A stretch of 64,000 nucleotides of DNA, taken from NCBI RefSeq assembly GCF_009914755.1, contig NC_060932.1, one strand, 5' to 3'. A program made the translations under genes and the position numbers. The notes under the pieces were generated by a model that was not told the origin of the DNA, searched no databases, and worked only from the letters and a program-made list of their open reading frames with translations. Source of the stretch: the human T2T-CHM13v2.0 reference genome, Homo sapiens. Position 1 is the first letter of the stretch, and each line of letters opens with the position of its first letter. Shown here in pieces: positions 13,504-26,850 of the stretch.

Positions 13504-14821
13504 AATTATCCACTTTTTTCTTAACATGTTAATATTATTTCACCCTGGAGTGTGTTTCCATGGTTTGCCTTGCGTTTGAACATGTTTGATGTTGTGAGAT
13601 TTCACCGTGGGGGAAAAAAAATGTTGAAACTAGGCATAAGCTGGTCCTGGAGTGACCCTGCTGAGCTGCTGGCTGCTCTGCGGAGGGAGTCCTCTGACTG
13701 TCCCTGGTCTAGATGAGGCCCTGCCTCTTGCAAGAGTGGGCTGTCTCTGCCTCTTGCCTTCTCTAGGTCTAGGGAGATGAGGCTTTTGCCTGATAGACAC
13801 CATAACCTTTTGTGATTACTTTTTTTGCTTTACATTATCTATATTTGTTATCAGATAGGTCATACGGCAAACTCTAGGTTGTCGGAAAGAGACAACTGCT
13901 TTTCATTTTTTCATTTCAAATTACATTTATTCTAAGTGTGGCTTTAAAAATTAATCCGTGGTTGAGCAGAGAATGTAAAGATGTGTTTTTCTTGTATTAT
14001 TTTAATAGTTTTATTTGGTATATCAAAGGTAAACAGCATCATACATGAATATGAGATTTTATTTCTGATTTATTGTTTTATATTTTGGTATGACTTCTCT
14101 CTTTCCTGAAATTAAAAAGATGCAAGTTGTGTTATGTGTTTTTGCAGTAGTACAACTGTCTTGTAGACTATTATCCCTCAAGAGCAGGGAACATCTTGAT
14201 TCCAGTTTATTCTCGATTTGGTGAAGTCAGCAAATCAGTTCATCAGTAAGATTATGGATATACAGGAGAGAACCCTCATTCTATTCTTTTCTCCCCAGTT
14301 ATAGGGCACAGAAGGCACAGTATGGGGGTGAGTTGTCTGCAGTAGAAGCCACAGGCAGATGCTTGTGGACAGAAGGAAAGGGGCCGATTGAGTGAAGTCC
14401 AGGTTCCCAGCCAGCTTTGACACCTGACCCTGGAGGGAACAGGGCCCCCCTTCTGTGTAATTCCTTCTAGGACTGACACCTGTTCTTCTCTGAAATATTA
14501 ACACTGAAAACATGTGACTGTGTCTTCAGTCACAGAGTAAGAGTGGACACAATACTGTAGTTTCTAATTTGAGTTAGTGCTTCTCCTAAGAGTTACTTGT
14601 CTTTTTTTCTCCTGAGCAGATTGTTTTGTACTATAGAACTATTACAAGCAGTGATACTTTTATAGGGAAAATACCATTCATAGAAGGGATAGAAGGCTTT
14701 CAGTTTTGTATGTGGTAGTATTTTTCTTAGAACAATATTTATCAATATTGGAGCTCTCCCTGTCTGCTGAGCAACTAACAAAGAAATACACAGTCCTTCG
14801 CTTCCACATTGTTAGGCAGTA

Positions 14822-15063
14822 CAGATCAAGTCTCCCTTATCTGAAATGCCTGGGACTTGAAGTGTTTCAGATTTCAGATTTTTTTCATCTGTTTCATTTA
14901 CACAGAGCTTGAAGATAATTTCATACAATGGTTTAGTAATTTTATACATAAAACAAAGTTTGTGTTACTTAACATGTGTAGTTTTCCACTGTGGCATCAT
15001 GTCACTGCTCAAAAGTTTGGGATTTTGGAGCATCTCAGATTTTTGGATTACAGGTGCTCCATG
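14822..15063. mobile_element. Tigger4 (Zombi/MER46)-like DNA transposon MITE
   Basis: cagatcaagtctcccttatctgaaatgcctggga...ttttggagcatctcagatttttggattacaggtgctccatg, flanked by TA on both sides. Confidence 0.75.
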
Positions 15064-16969
15064 TATATAAGAATATGCTGCCTTAGTTTCCTGAAATATG
15101 TAATTTCTGATTTTTTTAAATTGAGAGATGATGTAGCCTTCCAAAAGAATTTGCTTTGCCATTCTTGTATTTAGTGAACTTTGTTATCATACTTGATCAT
15201 ATCATGGAAATTGAGAACAAGTCTCTCCTAGGAAGGACAGCTGCCCATCTCTTAGTTCTGGGAGGTTCATGTCTTGCCCTTGGAGGCTGTGATGTCCACT
15301 TCACTGTAGCTACAGTGAGTGGTCCCATCACAGCTTCTCCCACTGAATATCATTCTAGAAGGCAGTCCACGTTTTTAGTTCTGAATCCATGCATTGGAAG
15401 TATTCAAAAAGAGCCATCTCTCCTAATTTAACCCCTCAAGATGTCAGGTACTTCTTGCCCTGTCTTCCATCTCCTCCGCCGTGGGTTTGCCCAGTGTGGC
15501 TAACCAGAGGCGAGTGGCCTGGTGGGCCAAACCCAGATTGGAGTCAGGCAGACCTGGACCTGCCTCCGGGGTCTCCTGAGCTTGCTGCCCCTCCTAGGGT
15601 CTTGGTTTGACGCCATGACCCACCACACAGAGGAGCTGTGGATGTTCAGCAGTCCTGCACCTGGAAACTGGCACATAGCTGGTGCTCAGAAAATGGCACT
15701 TAGGGTTAGGGTCACTGCTTGTTCTTTGTTTGTTTAGCATCCCAGTAGTTTGTGTTGACTGAGAAACTAAAGTAATATCAAAGCTGTTAAGAAAATGAGA
15801 CTGGGTGTTGTTGACTCTAAATTCTGGCCCTGGGACTTGGTCATGAGCCGACACCATGGTGCATCTGTCTCAGGTCTGCATCTGGTATTTATCACTTCCC
15901 ACAGTACATAAGCTTGGAGCTCTCCAGTCAGCAGTGCTGTGGAGCCGCTTCATCTGCTCCCAAGCTGGTTTCCCATCTGTTGTGGCTCTACTATATTGGA
16001 GTTCTTTTTTAACTTTTCTACCTGCCTTAGTCAGCCTTCCACACAGTCTGTAAGTAACTGGGCTGAGTTAAGCTCTGGAGCCAAAGACTGACTTCGATGG
16101 CCCTGCGAGGGTCCACTGAGAGGGGTGGCGTTACCTCCCGGCTGTACAAAACCTCAGTTAAAAACTGTAGACTTGTTGGCTGGGTCAGGGAAGCCATGAT
16201 GAGCATTTGGCCTTTTTATGTCCTGTTTTTTCTTGGTGTATCAGTTGCCAGAATAGAGGGCTGGCCATCTGACGTTCACCCCACAGGCCTGTGTGGACAT
16301 CAGGAGCAAAGTTGGAGCCAGAATCCAAGATGAGGTGTCCATGGTCTGGTGGTCCTGGTCTTGCAGGGGAACCGCTTTGCTAGTAGCATCCTGAACCAGC
16401 GGGGGAGAACAGCACAGGAGGGCAGCTGCTGAGGCTTGGGTCTGTGTTGGAAAGTGGCATTCACTGGCCTGGAGGAACAAGTGTCAGAGGTGGAGGCTGG
16501 CTTAAGGGCATGTGTGGAATTGACTTAATGTGCATTACTGAGCACAGAGCAGAGCCTTCGGATGTTAAATGAAGAACAAAGAACTTTCCCCAAAAAAATC
16601 TGTTATAAAGTTTTAATATAAACTGCACATGGAAATAGCATCTCTTCTTCAGTGAATAATTTTAAAGGTTATTTAGCACTGCAGCCTCATTAGTTGCCAA
16701 ATTTGAAAGACTTAAAGGTAGAGATATGTTGTCTTAAGACTGTCTTCAAGTAGTTTGGGAATTTTTGGGTTATCTGATGAGACCTTGTTTGCTTTTAATA
16801 ACCTTGTACTGTCCAAATTTAGTTACCTGATGTTTTTAGTTATTTTCATAAATAATATGAATCAAACCTGAATGCTTAGATACACTCTGGCTCTTTCTAA
16901 TCTTAACTTTTCCTTTTTTTCCCTCCCTTCACTGCATTCCTTCCTGATTCTTTCTTCATGATCTCGAAG

Positions 16970-16996
16970 GACTACCATCTTGCTTTACTATTCAAG
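16970..16996 (+). CDS. FBXO25: FBXO25 alternative 27-nt microexon (DYHLALLFK)
   Basis: Long pyrimidine tract then ctcgaag| acceptor, AAG|gtactt donor, phase 0/0. The peptide matches the insert I recall in the longer FBXO25 isoform. Confidence 0.88.
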
Positions 16997-17964
16997 GTAC
17001 TTCCCTGTCTTGCCACACATCCTGTGTTCGGGATGAAAACGTTGCATCGTGCTGCATCTCATGCACGTCATCTTGGCCACTGCCCTGCTCGATTCCAGCT
17101 CTCGCTGACTTGAGCTTTCTCAGGACCCTGAGCAGGGCTGAGTGGCCACTTTGATCAAACACCTCAGCAAGGACGAGAGTGTTGATGAAATATTTTGCAG
17201 AACAACACCTGAGTGCTGAGGGAGGCTGCTAGATGTGCGCATAAACACTTCACCACACAGCACCTGGTTTGGCAGCACTGCCAGGGCATGCCATGGAGAG
17301 ATCCAGCACTGACCCCAGAGCCTCTGGTCCCGTTTACCTGCGTTCCTCCTAAGAGTCTGCCAGTCTTCATCCACAAAATTAATTTTTCTGTCGTCACTTC
17401 TCATATTAAATATAATTCTGGATCCTTAGGTATGTGAGCATGGCCAGCTCCCTTGGAGCAAGCAGGAGCCTTGGGGGCTGAGGCCGTGTGTCCCCCTCTC
17501 CTGTCCTATGCAGGGAGCCCAAGCTGATTCAGGGATGAATGGCGGGTGGAGGGAACCCTGTGTAACAAAGTGAGCCAGGAACAGGAGGACAGGACAAAGG
17601 AATGGCTGGGACCAGAGGACAGAAAGTCCCCAGTGGTTTCTTCTGTGGCCTTGTAGATTCCGGGGCAGTGCAGGGTGGTGTCAGCAGCTGGCTCCTCTGA
17701 CTCAGTACCAGATTCGGCACTGGAGGGCAGACCTGGGGCCACCGTCTCCTGCCCTACCTGAGCAGGAGTTCCATGGGAAACCTCTATGTAGAATCGGCTG
17801 CGGCTGCCCTTGTGTTGGTCATTCTCATCCAAGTTATCTCCCATGTACCTCTGAGGTGGGGCCCAGGGTCCACATCAACAAGCAGCTGACGACCCCTCAA
17901 GCACCATCACTAGAGTGTGGCTGGTGGTGGGGCCCCCTCCTAACCATCTCCCACCTCCCCACAG

Positions 17965-18054
17965 GACTCAGGACACCCCTGCACGGCGGCCGACCCTGAC
18001 AGCTGCTTCACGCCTGTGTCTCCGCAGCACTTCATCGACCTCTTCAAGTTTTAA
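17965..18054 (+). CDS. FBXO25: FBXO25 terminal coding exon
   Basis: cctccccacag| acceptor; DSGHPCTAADPDSCFTPVSPQHFIDLFKF* with TAA at 18052-18054; family C-terminus similar to FBXO32. Confidence 0.97.
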   Translation, partial: DSGHPCTAADPDSCFTPVSPQHFIDLFKF

Positions 18055-18305
18055 GGGCTGCCCCTGCCATCCCTATTGGAGATTGTGAATCCTGCTGTCT
18101 GTGCAGGGCTCATAGTGAGTGTTCTGTGAGGTGGGTGGAGACTCCTCGGAAGCCCCTGCTTCCAGAAAGCCTGGGAAGAACTGCCCTTCTGCAAAGGGGG
18201 GACTGCATGGTTGCATTTTCATCACTGAAAGTCAGAGGCCAAGGAAATCATTTCTACTTCTTTAAAAACTCCTTCTAAGCATATTAAAATGTGAAATTTT
18301 GCGTA

Positions 18306-18328
18306 CTCTCTCTCTCTATATATATATA
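18306..18328 (+). repeat. Compound (CT)n(AT)n microsatellite in the FBXO25 3'UTR
   Basis: ctctctctctctatatatatata. Confidence 0.85.
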
Positions 18329-18801
18329 GTTCAAAAATACTTTAGGTGGTCAGCTCCACATTCTTTGTTGACGTGACACTAACGGCCAATAATATGCTTC
18401 TTAATTATCAAATTATAGTTTCCCAATTGGGAAACTAATTGGGGGTGGGTTACAAAACATTTGATCCTTGTAAATACATTGTACAGAATATTTATTTTTT
18501 CTCAAAATGCATTTTAACTACTACATTGGCTGTGCCCAAATGAGTCCTCTTTGAATAGAAAGTGAACCCAGGGCAATGACAGCCATTCTTGTCTTAGGGA
18601 TTATGGATCGGGGTATGAATTGTGCACACGCAGCCCAACAACGGGCAGTGGTCTCTGTGCTCCTAGGCATCCAGCACAGGTTCTGGCAGGGCACCCCTGC
18701 TGGGGTTGGGGGCTGGTCTGTGCATAATCCTGGACTGTGATGGGAACAGCCCAGTGCAGTCTAAACTTCAATTGTGTTGAAACTACTTTAATAGACAAAG
18801 T

Positions 18802-18807
18802 AATAAA
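18802..18807 (+). terminator. FBXO25: FBXO25 proximal poly(A) signal
   Basis: AATAAA about 750 nt after the stop codon, with U-rich sequence downstream. Confidence 0.55.
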
Positions 18808-19098
18808 TCATGTTTATCTATTGATTTAAACTTCATCAGTTTTGCATCCTACTGAGAAATGTTAGTGATTTTGATACTTAAATCCTTAAAAGATTGCTTC
18901 GTTTTTAAAATAACGCATGTCCATTTTAGAAAATTAGAAAATCAGTCCCACCACCCAAAGATTATTGTGCATGCTGAAAAGAGTATGAAAAATCCCCTCA
19001 GCAGGCATAGGATAGAAACGTATTGTTGTATATTTCCATTTTTGAATAGGGTCAAGGAGCCTAAGCAAATCATTTCTACTTTTTCCTTTAAGCATAAT

Positions 19099-19104
19099 AA
19101 TAAA
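19099..19104 (+). terminator. FBXO25: FBXO25 poly(A) signal
   Basis: AATAAA within aataataaaag, about 1.05 kb after the stop codon. Confidence 0.6.
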
Positions 19105-19614
19105 AGTATACTTTTATGGCGTTATAAATAGGACTAAAAAAAGATTCTGGATTTTTCAGCCCCACTTCTGTGAACTGACACAAATGGCCAAGAATGCATT
19201 TATTTGTCAAATTATAGTTTCTCCTGAGGCGATGCAAATACCTGGGGCCTCTGCGAATATATGTTAGTTTTTCATAAGACCATAAATGTCCCGTATACCA
19301 CTGTTACTTCACAACGCCCCCCGTCCCGACCCTGCCTTTTTTAGAAACGTAGAACCATATCCTAAATGTTATTTGGAAACTTGGCTTTTATTAGCTCCAC
19401 AGAATCACCCAGATGGAACAGGCTTTTTCATCACAACATATTGGGGTTCCTGAGTGTCTCGCCGTTAGCATCAATAACTATGATAAGCATCGTCACACAA
19501 CAATGTGGCCGTCTCCTTACAACCACCGGTAGTACAGCCAACATCATGAGTCAAACATATTTTAAGGCTTTTAAATATATTTCTAGATTGTTCATGAAAA
19601 AAAATTTTTTTGGA

Positions 19615-19907
19615 GTTTGTTTTTGAGACAGGGTCTTGCTCTGTCACCCAGGCTGGAGTGCAGGGGTATGATGTCGGCTTACTGCAACCTCTGTCCCCCA
19701 GGCTCAAGTGATCCTCCCACCTCAGCCTCCCAAGCAGTCAGGACCACAGGCATATACCACCATGCTCAGCTGTTTTTTTGTATTTTTAGTAGAGATGGGG
19801 TTTCACCATGTTGCCCAGGCTGGTCTCAGGAGTTTGAGCTCAAGCAATCCACCTGCCTCAGCTTCCCAAAGTGCTGGGATTACAGGCATGAGCCACCACG
19901 TCCAGCT
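19615..19907 (-). mobile_element. AluJ-like element
   Basis: Reverse Alu dimer with J-type diagnostics (ggctcaagtgatcctcccacctcagcc). Confidence 0.9.
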
Positions 19908-21149
19908 GAGAAAAGAAATTGTTCTAATCTAGGAAAGGGAGTAAGTACATTGAGTTTCCATTATCCCTGAAGCACAGGTATTTCTTTTTCTGTTGGTGCT
20001 GTTTTAATAAGTGAAGAATTTGATGTATGATAAATTGTGAGCTTGAATATTTCCATATATTTATTATCCATTTGCTTTTCTTGTTTTTGGTAAATTACTT
20101 AATGTGGTATTTGCCTGTTTTTTGGGGTGGATGTCAGTCTTTTTTCATGTTAGTTTCTTCTTAAAAGGAAACTATCCTTTTGAAGTTGTGGTTCTTTCCC
20201 CTAATTTGTCATATACTGTTACTGTCATTTAATTGTTAGATGTTATAACAGTTCTCAGCTGTGCTATCAAATCACAGATGTGCATTTAACTTGTATAAAT
20301 TGAGCAGTACTTGCTTGGAAAACATAACCATATTAATAGTGTAGGATTCCAGCTGTTCTGCTGGGCTGGCATATTTCCACAGGCCATGGACACAGCTAGC
20401 CGCATTGCCACTGCATGGGTCACAGCCTCCTGCAGGTGCGTTCGAGGGACAAGCTGTGGGAGCTGGGCAGGTAAGCAGGGATGGCTTACATTGCTGGGGA
20501 GAGATTGAAAGGTTAATGGAGGGTATAAGGACAGAATAAAGACAATTTTGAGGCACTGATCAGTTATTTACAGAAGATCGGACAACACCAAACAGAGATG
20601 AGAAGAGAAATCATAGATCTCCACTTTGGAATGGTATTTTTGAATACAGTTTCTATCAGGGGGCCTTCCAAAAGTAGGGATGCCACTCCTGTGAGATTAA
20701 GTTACATTCTGATGCCTTCATTACAATGAAGTAGATAATTCAGGACCCCAGGAGCCTAAAGCCAGGTAGTAAGTTTCACTTGCCCATCGCTCCTGTGAAA
20801 GGCAATGCCAGACACTCTCAAGATAGAATCTCCAGTCATTCTCGGACCTGTTCTCAGTCTGCGCTGCTCACTCAGGGCTGGTGTCTCTTGACACCCAGTT
20901 ACAACTTCCTTTTGCCTATTTTGAGTCAAAAAGTCACATTCCTCACCTAATTTATGAATACACACAAATTGGAAAGCCATGCAGTAGCCTCTCAGGAGCA
21001 GACTGATTTGTAGCTGTCGTGGTTTACTGCATGACGTACAGGCTCTCTGTATGCACTGTGTGTGCGTACTGTACAGGGCTGTACACAGCAAACTGTGTCT
21101 ACTTTATGGAAAAAATTTAACCATCTGTGAACAGTTTTTTGCCTTAAGT

Positions 21150-21890
21150 GCTGCTTTTAGAACCAAACTGTCATATAAGATTTATCAGCTCTTTTAACAC
21201 CTTTGTAGATTCCTGATGCTGTGTACAAAATCATGTCATCTATGAATAGACAGTTTCACTTCTTCCTCTCAGTCTAGATGTCCTTTATTCTTTCTTACCC
21301 CGTTTCGCTGGCTAGAATCTCTAGTACAATGTTGAATAGCAGTGCAAGAGTGAACATCCTTGTCTTGTTCCTCATCTTAGGGGAAAGCTTTCAGTCTCAC
21401 CATTAACTATGATGTTAACCCTGGGTTTTCCATACATACCCTCTATTAGGTTGGGGAGGTTCCCTTCTATTCCTAGTTTGTTTTTATCGTGAAAGGGTGT
21501 GGATTTTGTCAAATGCTTTTTCTGCATCTCTTAAGATAATGTAGTTTTTGGCCTTCATAAGATCATGTGCTGTTATTACATTGACTGATTTCTATATCTT
21601 GAACCAACCTTGCATTCTTGGGTCAAAGCCCACTAAGTCATGGTTTATGATACCTTTTATACATAGCTGTTAGATTTGGTGTGCTGGAACAGCCAGCCCT
21701 CTGTATCCACGGGGGATTGGTTCCAAGACCCCCACCCCCACCCCACCTGCCACCCACCACCTTGTGATCTCTTGGGTTTTGGTGTCCATCTCATAGGATA
21801 AGCTTAGAAAGTGTTCCCTCTTCTGTGTTTTGGAAGTGTTTGTGGTGGTTTCTTGTTAATTCTTCTTTAAATGTTTGAGAGAACTCCATA
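21150..21890 (-). mobile_element. Old L1 ORF2 fragment with a short MER2/Tigger-like end at about 21690-21735
   Basis: Reverse L1 ORF2 motifs (tagtacaatgttgaatagcagtg...catccttgtcttgttcctcatcttaggggaaagc). cagccctctgtatccacgggggattggttccaagacccc is MER2-like. Confidence 0.7.
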
Positions 21891-23159
21891 TAAGATTTGA
21901 AGTCACTGAGAAGCTTCAATTATCCTTTAAGAGGATAAGACCATTTTCTCCAGAGATGCCTTTTAATGGTTTTTCTTTTCATTGCGAAGGCCTAACTTAG
22001 TAGATAAGTGGACTGTGAAACCTAGTCTGTTCTGCTTATCTTCACAATTATCAAAAGGAAGGGGTGCTGCCCTCTGAGAAAAGTCAGAAGCAAGCCTGCC
22101 TTATGAAACTCGACTTTTTAATCTCCCTCTCTTCATTATGATGTGTGCACGTGATGGACACCACTCACCTCCCTTTAGTCCCTATCAAATGCTACCCAAT
22201 GGCAAAGCCAAGGGATTAGCAACAGGTAGGAGGAAAAAGAAGGACCTGCATACATGACTAACCAGCACCAGCCATTGGGGCCCTCTATGGCTGACACCAG
22301 CATCCACCCTGCACTCATATGTATCTCAACAGAATTGCTGCTTCTGTCTTCACTCAAGCCCCACTCCTTATCCCTTCCTGTTGTTTCTGCATAGAGGAGG
22401 CAGACCCTCAACTTTGGAAAGCAGTGTCCCCCCGCGTCCCATGGGCTAAATGCCACTGAGCCGGTAGGAGCTGCTCAGGTGTAGCCTCTGCCTTCAGAAT
22501 TTCAGCAGGAACTGCATCATTGTGTGCCTAAAAAGCCCTGGCTCACAGCATGAGACAGTGTGTTCTAGGTGGTAACGTGGCACCTGCACATGCACCCCCA
22601 GCAGTCCTCTCTAAACTCAGGCAGTGTATGGCTGCTGCCATTCTCGCCCTCAGCATCTGTGAGATGAAGGAGTTGCTCCCCAGGGCACCTGCCCCAATAC
22701 AGGCCACGTGGATCTGCCATTGCTTTTCACGTGAATGCCTAGGAGAGGCTGTTAACCCTCCTAGTTGTCCTTTTTGTACTTGGTCCTCTTCCTTCCAATC
22801 CTCACTGGCTCAAATCCACAGAGTGACAAAGAACAGAGATGCCCAGAGCACCAGCTGGAGGGGCAAGCAGGAGAAGGCACTGCTGGTGCCACAGGGGTCC
22901 TGGGCTGGCTCTTGGACCATAACCAGCGTTCACTGAGGATGCGGTTTCTTTGAAATGCTCTTGTTCTTCCTGTTTAAGTAAGGGAGAGCAAAAAAAATGA
23001 GGACATCTGTGTCAAATAGAAGAGACACCTCAACTGTCTCGTTTTTGCATGGAAATTTCATTTTTATTTGATAATCATTTGAGAAACTTGCACAGATGAA
23101 GGCAAGTTGGTTTTTATTATCTAACCTATGTAGTCAATTCTAATGTCATTTAAAAGAAT

Positions 23160-26100
23160 TTGACATGTTAAAATACACATGAAATTTACCATCTTACCTA
23201 TTTTAAGTGTGCAATTTAGTGGCATTAAATACATTCATACTGTGCAACCTTCTCTACCACGTATCCACAAGTTCAACTTTACAAGATGAACTTTTGTCAT
23301 CTTGTAAAACTGAAGCTCTGTACCCATTAAGCACCAACTCCCTATTCCCCATCCACCAGCCCCTGGCAGCCTCTGTTCTCCTTTGTCTCTTTTAATTTGA
23401 CTTCTGTAGGGACCTCGTATGAGTGGAACCAGAAGGGATTTGTCCTTTTGTGACTGGCTTATTTCACTTAGCGTAATGTCCTCAAGGTTTATTCAAGTTG
23501 TAGGATATGTCAAGATTTCTTTTTAAGGCTGATTCTATGGATGGACCACATTTTGTTTGTGTACTCATCTGTTGAGGACACTTGAGTTGCTTCCACCTTT
23601 TAGCTATTGTGAATATTGCTGCCGTAAACATGGGTGTGCAAATATCTGAGTCTCTGCTTTCAATCATATGGCAATCCTATGTTTAATTTCTTAGGGAACT
23701 GCCATAAGTGTTTTACACGGTGGCTGCACCATTTTACATTCCCACTGAAGGTTCCAGTTTTGCCACATCCTTGCCAACACCTGTTTTTAATAATTGCCAT
23801 CCTAATGAGTGTGAAGTGGTATCCTGCTGAGATTTTGATTTGCATTTCCGTAATGACTGGTGATGCTGAGTATCTGTTTGTTGGCCGTTTATATGTCGTC
23901 TTTGGAGAAATGTCTATTTGGGCTCTTTGTCCATTTTTCAATCAGGTGTGTGTTTTTATATGTTCTGGGTATTCACCCTTTTCAGATATATCATTTTAAA
24001 ATACTTTGTCCCATTCCGTGGATTGCCTTTCACTCTGTTTTGTTCTTTGATGTACAGAAGTTGTTTCTTTCTTTTAGTTACCTGTGTGTGCCTCTGGTGT
24101 CATATCTAAGAAATCACTGCCTCACCCTTTTCAGATATATCATTTTAAAATACTTTGTCCCATTCCGTGGATTGCCTTTCACTCTGTTTTGTTCTTTGAT
24201 GTACAGAAGTTGTTTCTTTCTTTTAGTTACCTGTGTGTGCCTCTGGTGTCATATCTAAGAAATCACTGCCAAATCCAATGTTGTTAAAAGTTTCCCTTAT
24301 GTTTCTCCTAAATGTTTTAGTTTTAGCTCTTAGTTTAGGCCTTTGATCTATTTTAATTTTTATATATGGTGTGAGGTAGATCTAGCTTCATGTGGATGTC
24401 CACTTGTCTAGCACCATTTGTTGAAAAGACTGTCCTTTCTCCCTTGAATGGTCTTGGCACCATCAAAAATCATTTGACCCATATGTGCAAGGGTTTATTT
24501 GGGGATTTGCTATTCTGTTCCATTGGTCTACATGACTGTCTTTGTTTCAATACAACACCATTTTGATTATTGTAGCTTTGTCGTAAGTTATGAAATAAGG
24601 AAGTGAGAGACCTCCTACTTGGTTCCCTTTCAAGATGATTTTGGCTGTGTGAGGTCTCTTGAGATTCCATATGAGTTTCAGGATGGAAAAAAAAAAGCCA
24701 CTGGGATATTCTGATAGAGATTGCATGAAATCTATAGATTGCTTTGGACTATGGACATCTTAAGGTATCCAATCCATAAACACGGGATTGCTTTCTATTT
24801 ATTTGTGTTGACCTTACTTTCTTTAAGCAGTGTTTTATGGTTTTCAAGTACAAGTCTTTTGCTTCCTTAAGTTTATTCCTAAATATTTCAGTTTTTTTGT
24901 TACTATTATAATGGAATTTTCTTAAATTTCCTTTTGAGATTGCTTGTTATTGTATAGAAATATCATGGATTTGTTGTGTTGATTTTGTAAACTGCAGTGT
25001 TACTGAAATTTTTTTTTGTATATGTATGGACACTAGGATTTTCTACATATAAGATCATGTCATCTGCAAACAGATAATTTTGCTTCTTCCTTTCCAGTCT
25101 GGATGCCTTTTCTTTCTTTTTCTTGCCTAACTGCTCTAAGACTCCAGTACTGTGTTAAACAGAAGTGGTGAGACAGGGTATTTCTGTGTTGTTCTTGATC
25201 TTAAAGTCCTTTCAGTCTTATTGAATATGATGTTTACAGTGGGATGTTCATATGGCCTCTATTTTAGGTTGTTTCCTTCTATTCCCAATTGTTGAGTTTT
25301 TATCATGAAAGGGCATGACATTGTCTCAAATGCTTTTTCTCCATCAATGGAGATCACATTTTTTTCCTTCATTCTATTAATGTAATAGACATTACATTTA
25401 TTGACTTGAGCATGTTGAAACATCTTTGCATACCAGCTGTAAATCTTACTTGGCCATGATGTGTAATCCTTTCAATGTCCCACTGAATCCTGTTGGCCAG
25501 TATTTTGTTGAATATTGATTTAAAAAAATCTTGATCAGGAATACTGATGTGTGGTGTTTTTTTCTTATAGTGTCTTTGTCTGGTTTTGGTATCAGAATAA
25601 TGCTGGCCTCATAGAATGCATTTGGAAGTGTCCTTTCCTCTTCAGTTTTTTGGAAGAGTTTGAGGAGAATTGATTTAATTCTTCAGATGTTTGCCAGAAT
25701 TCCCATATGGCCCTGGGCTTTTCTTTCTTGGGAGGCTTTTCTTTACTACTTCATGCTCTTGACTAGCATAGGTCTGTTCAGATTTTCCATTTCTTCATGA
25801 TTCAATCTTGATAGGCTGTGTGTTTCTAAGAATTTGTCCAGTTCATCTAGGTTATCCAATTCTTTGATATGTAATTGCTCATAGTACTCTTAATCCTTTT
25901 TATTTCTGTAAAATCAGTTGTAATGTCTCCTCCTGGTTTTTAGTTGTTTTTCTTAGTCACTCTTAGCTATCAACAAACTCTTGGTTTCATTTATTTTTCT
26001 CTATTGCTTTTCTGTTCTCTATTTTGTCTCTGCTCTAATCTTTATTATTATTATAATCATCTCCATTCTGCTGGCTTTGGGTTGATTGCTCTTCTTTTTC

Positions 26101-26700
26101 TAGTTCTTTCAGATGTAAATTTAGGGTTGACTTGAGATCTTAATTTGTTTAATAGGTGTATTTACAGTTACAAATTTCCCTCCTACCACTGCTTTGACTG
26201 TACCTGTTTTTTTGTATATTACATTTTTCATTTACCACAAGATATTTTCTAATTTCCCTTGTGAGTTCCCCATTAATCTGCTGGTTGAGAGCGTTGTTTA
26301 ATTTTCACATAATTGTGTACTTTTCAGTTTTTTGTCTGTTACTGATTTCTAGTTTCATCCCACTGTGGCCCGAAAAGATATTTTATTTCCTCAGTCTTTT
26401 GAAATTTGTTGACTTGTTTAGTCATCTAACATACTGTCTATCCTAGAGAAAGGTCCATTTGCACTTGAGAAAAACGTGTGTACTGCTGTTGTGTCTGTTA
26501 GGTCCAGCTGGTATGATGCTGTTCAAGTTCTGTCTTGCGACTGATCTTCTGTCTGGTTGTCCTATCCGTTACTGAAAGTGGGCTACTGCAGTCTCCTACT
26601 CTTACTGTAGAACTATCCATTTCTTCCTTTGATTCTGTCAATGTTTGTTTCATATATTTTGGGCTCTGATGTTTGGTGCATATATATTACATCTTGGTGA
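23160..26700 (-). mobile_element. Old L1M element (3'UTR and degraded ORF2), about 3.5 kb
   Basis: Continuous reverse L1 sequence. ORF-track peptides such as ICTPMFTAAIFTIAKRWKQLKCP and MQIK...YHFTLIRMAIIK are L1 ORF2 C-terminal remnants. Confidence 0.88.
23973..24270. repeat. Perfect 149-bp tandem duplication
   Basis: 23973-24121 and 24122-24270 read identical base for base. Confidence 0.95.
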
Positions 26701-26850
26701 ATTTTCAAACTTTTTAAATTTCAACATGAAGATGAAATTATAGGATGTCTGGGATTTCCTTTGAATCCGTGGGGCTGGGAGTAACTATAAATGAAACAAG
26801 ATTGGCCGGGAATTTGAGGCTGCAAGGATAGGTACACACAGGGGAGTGAA

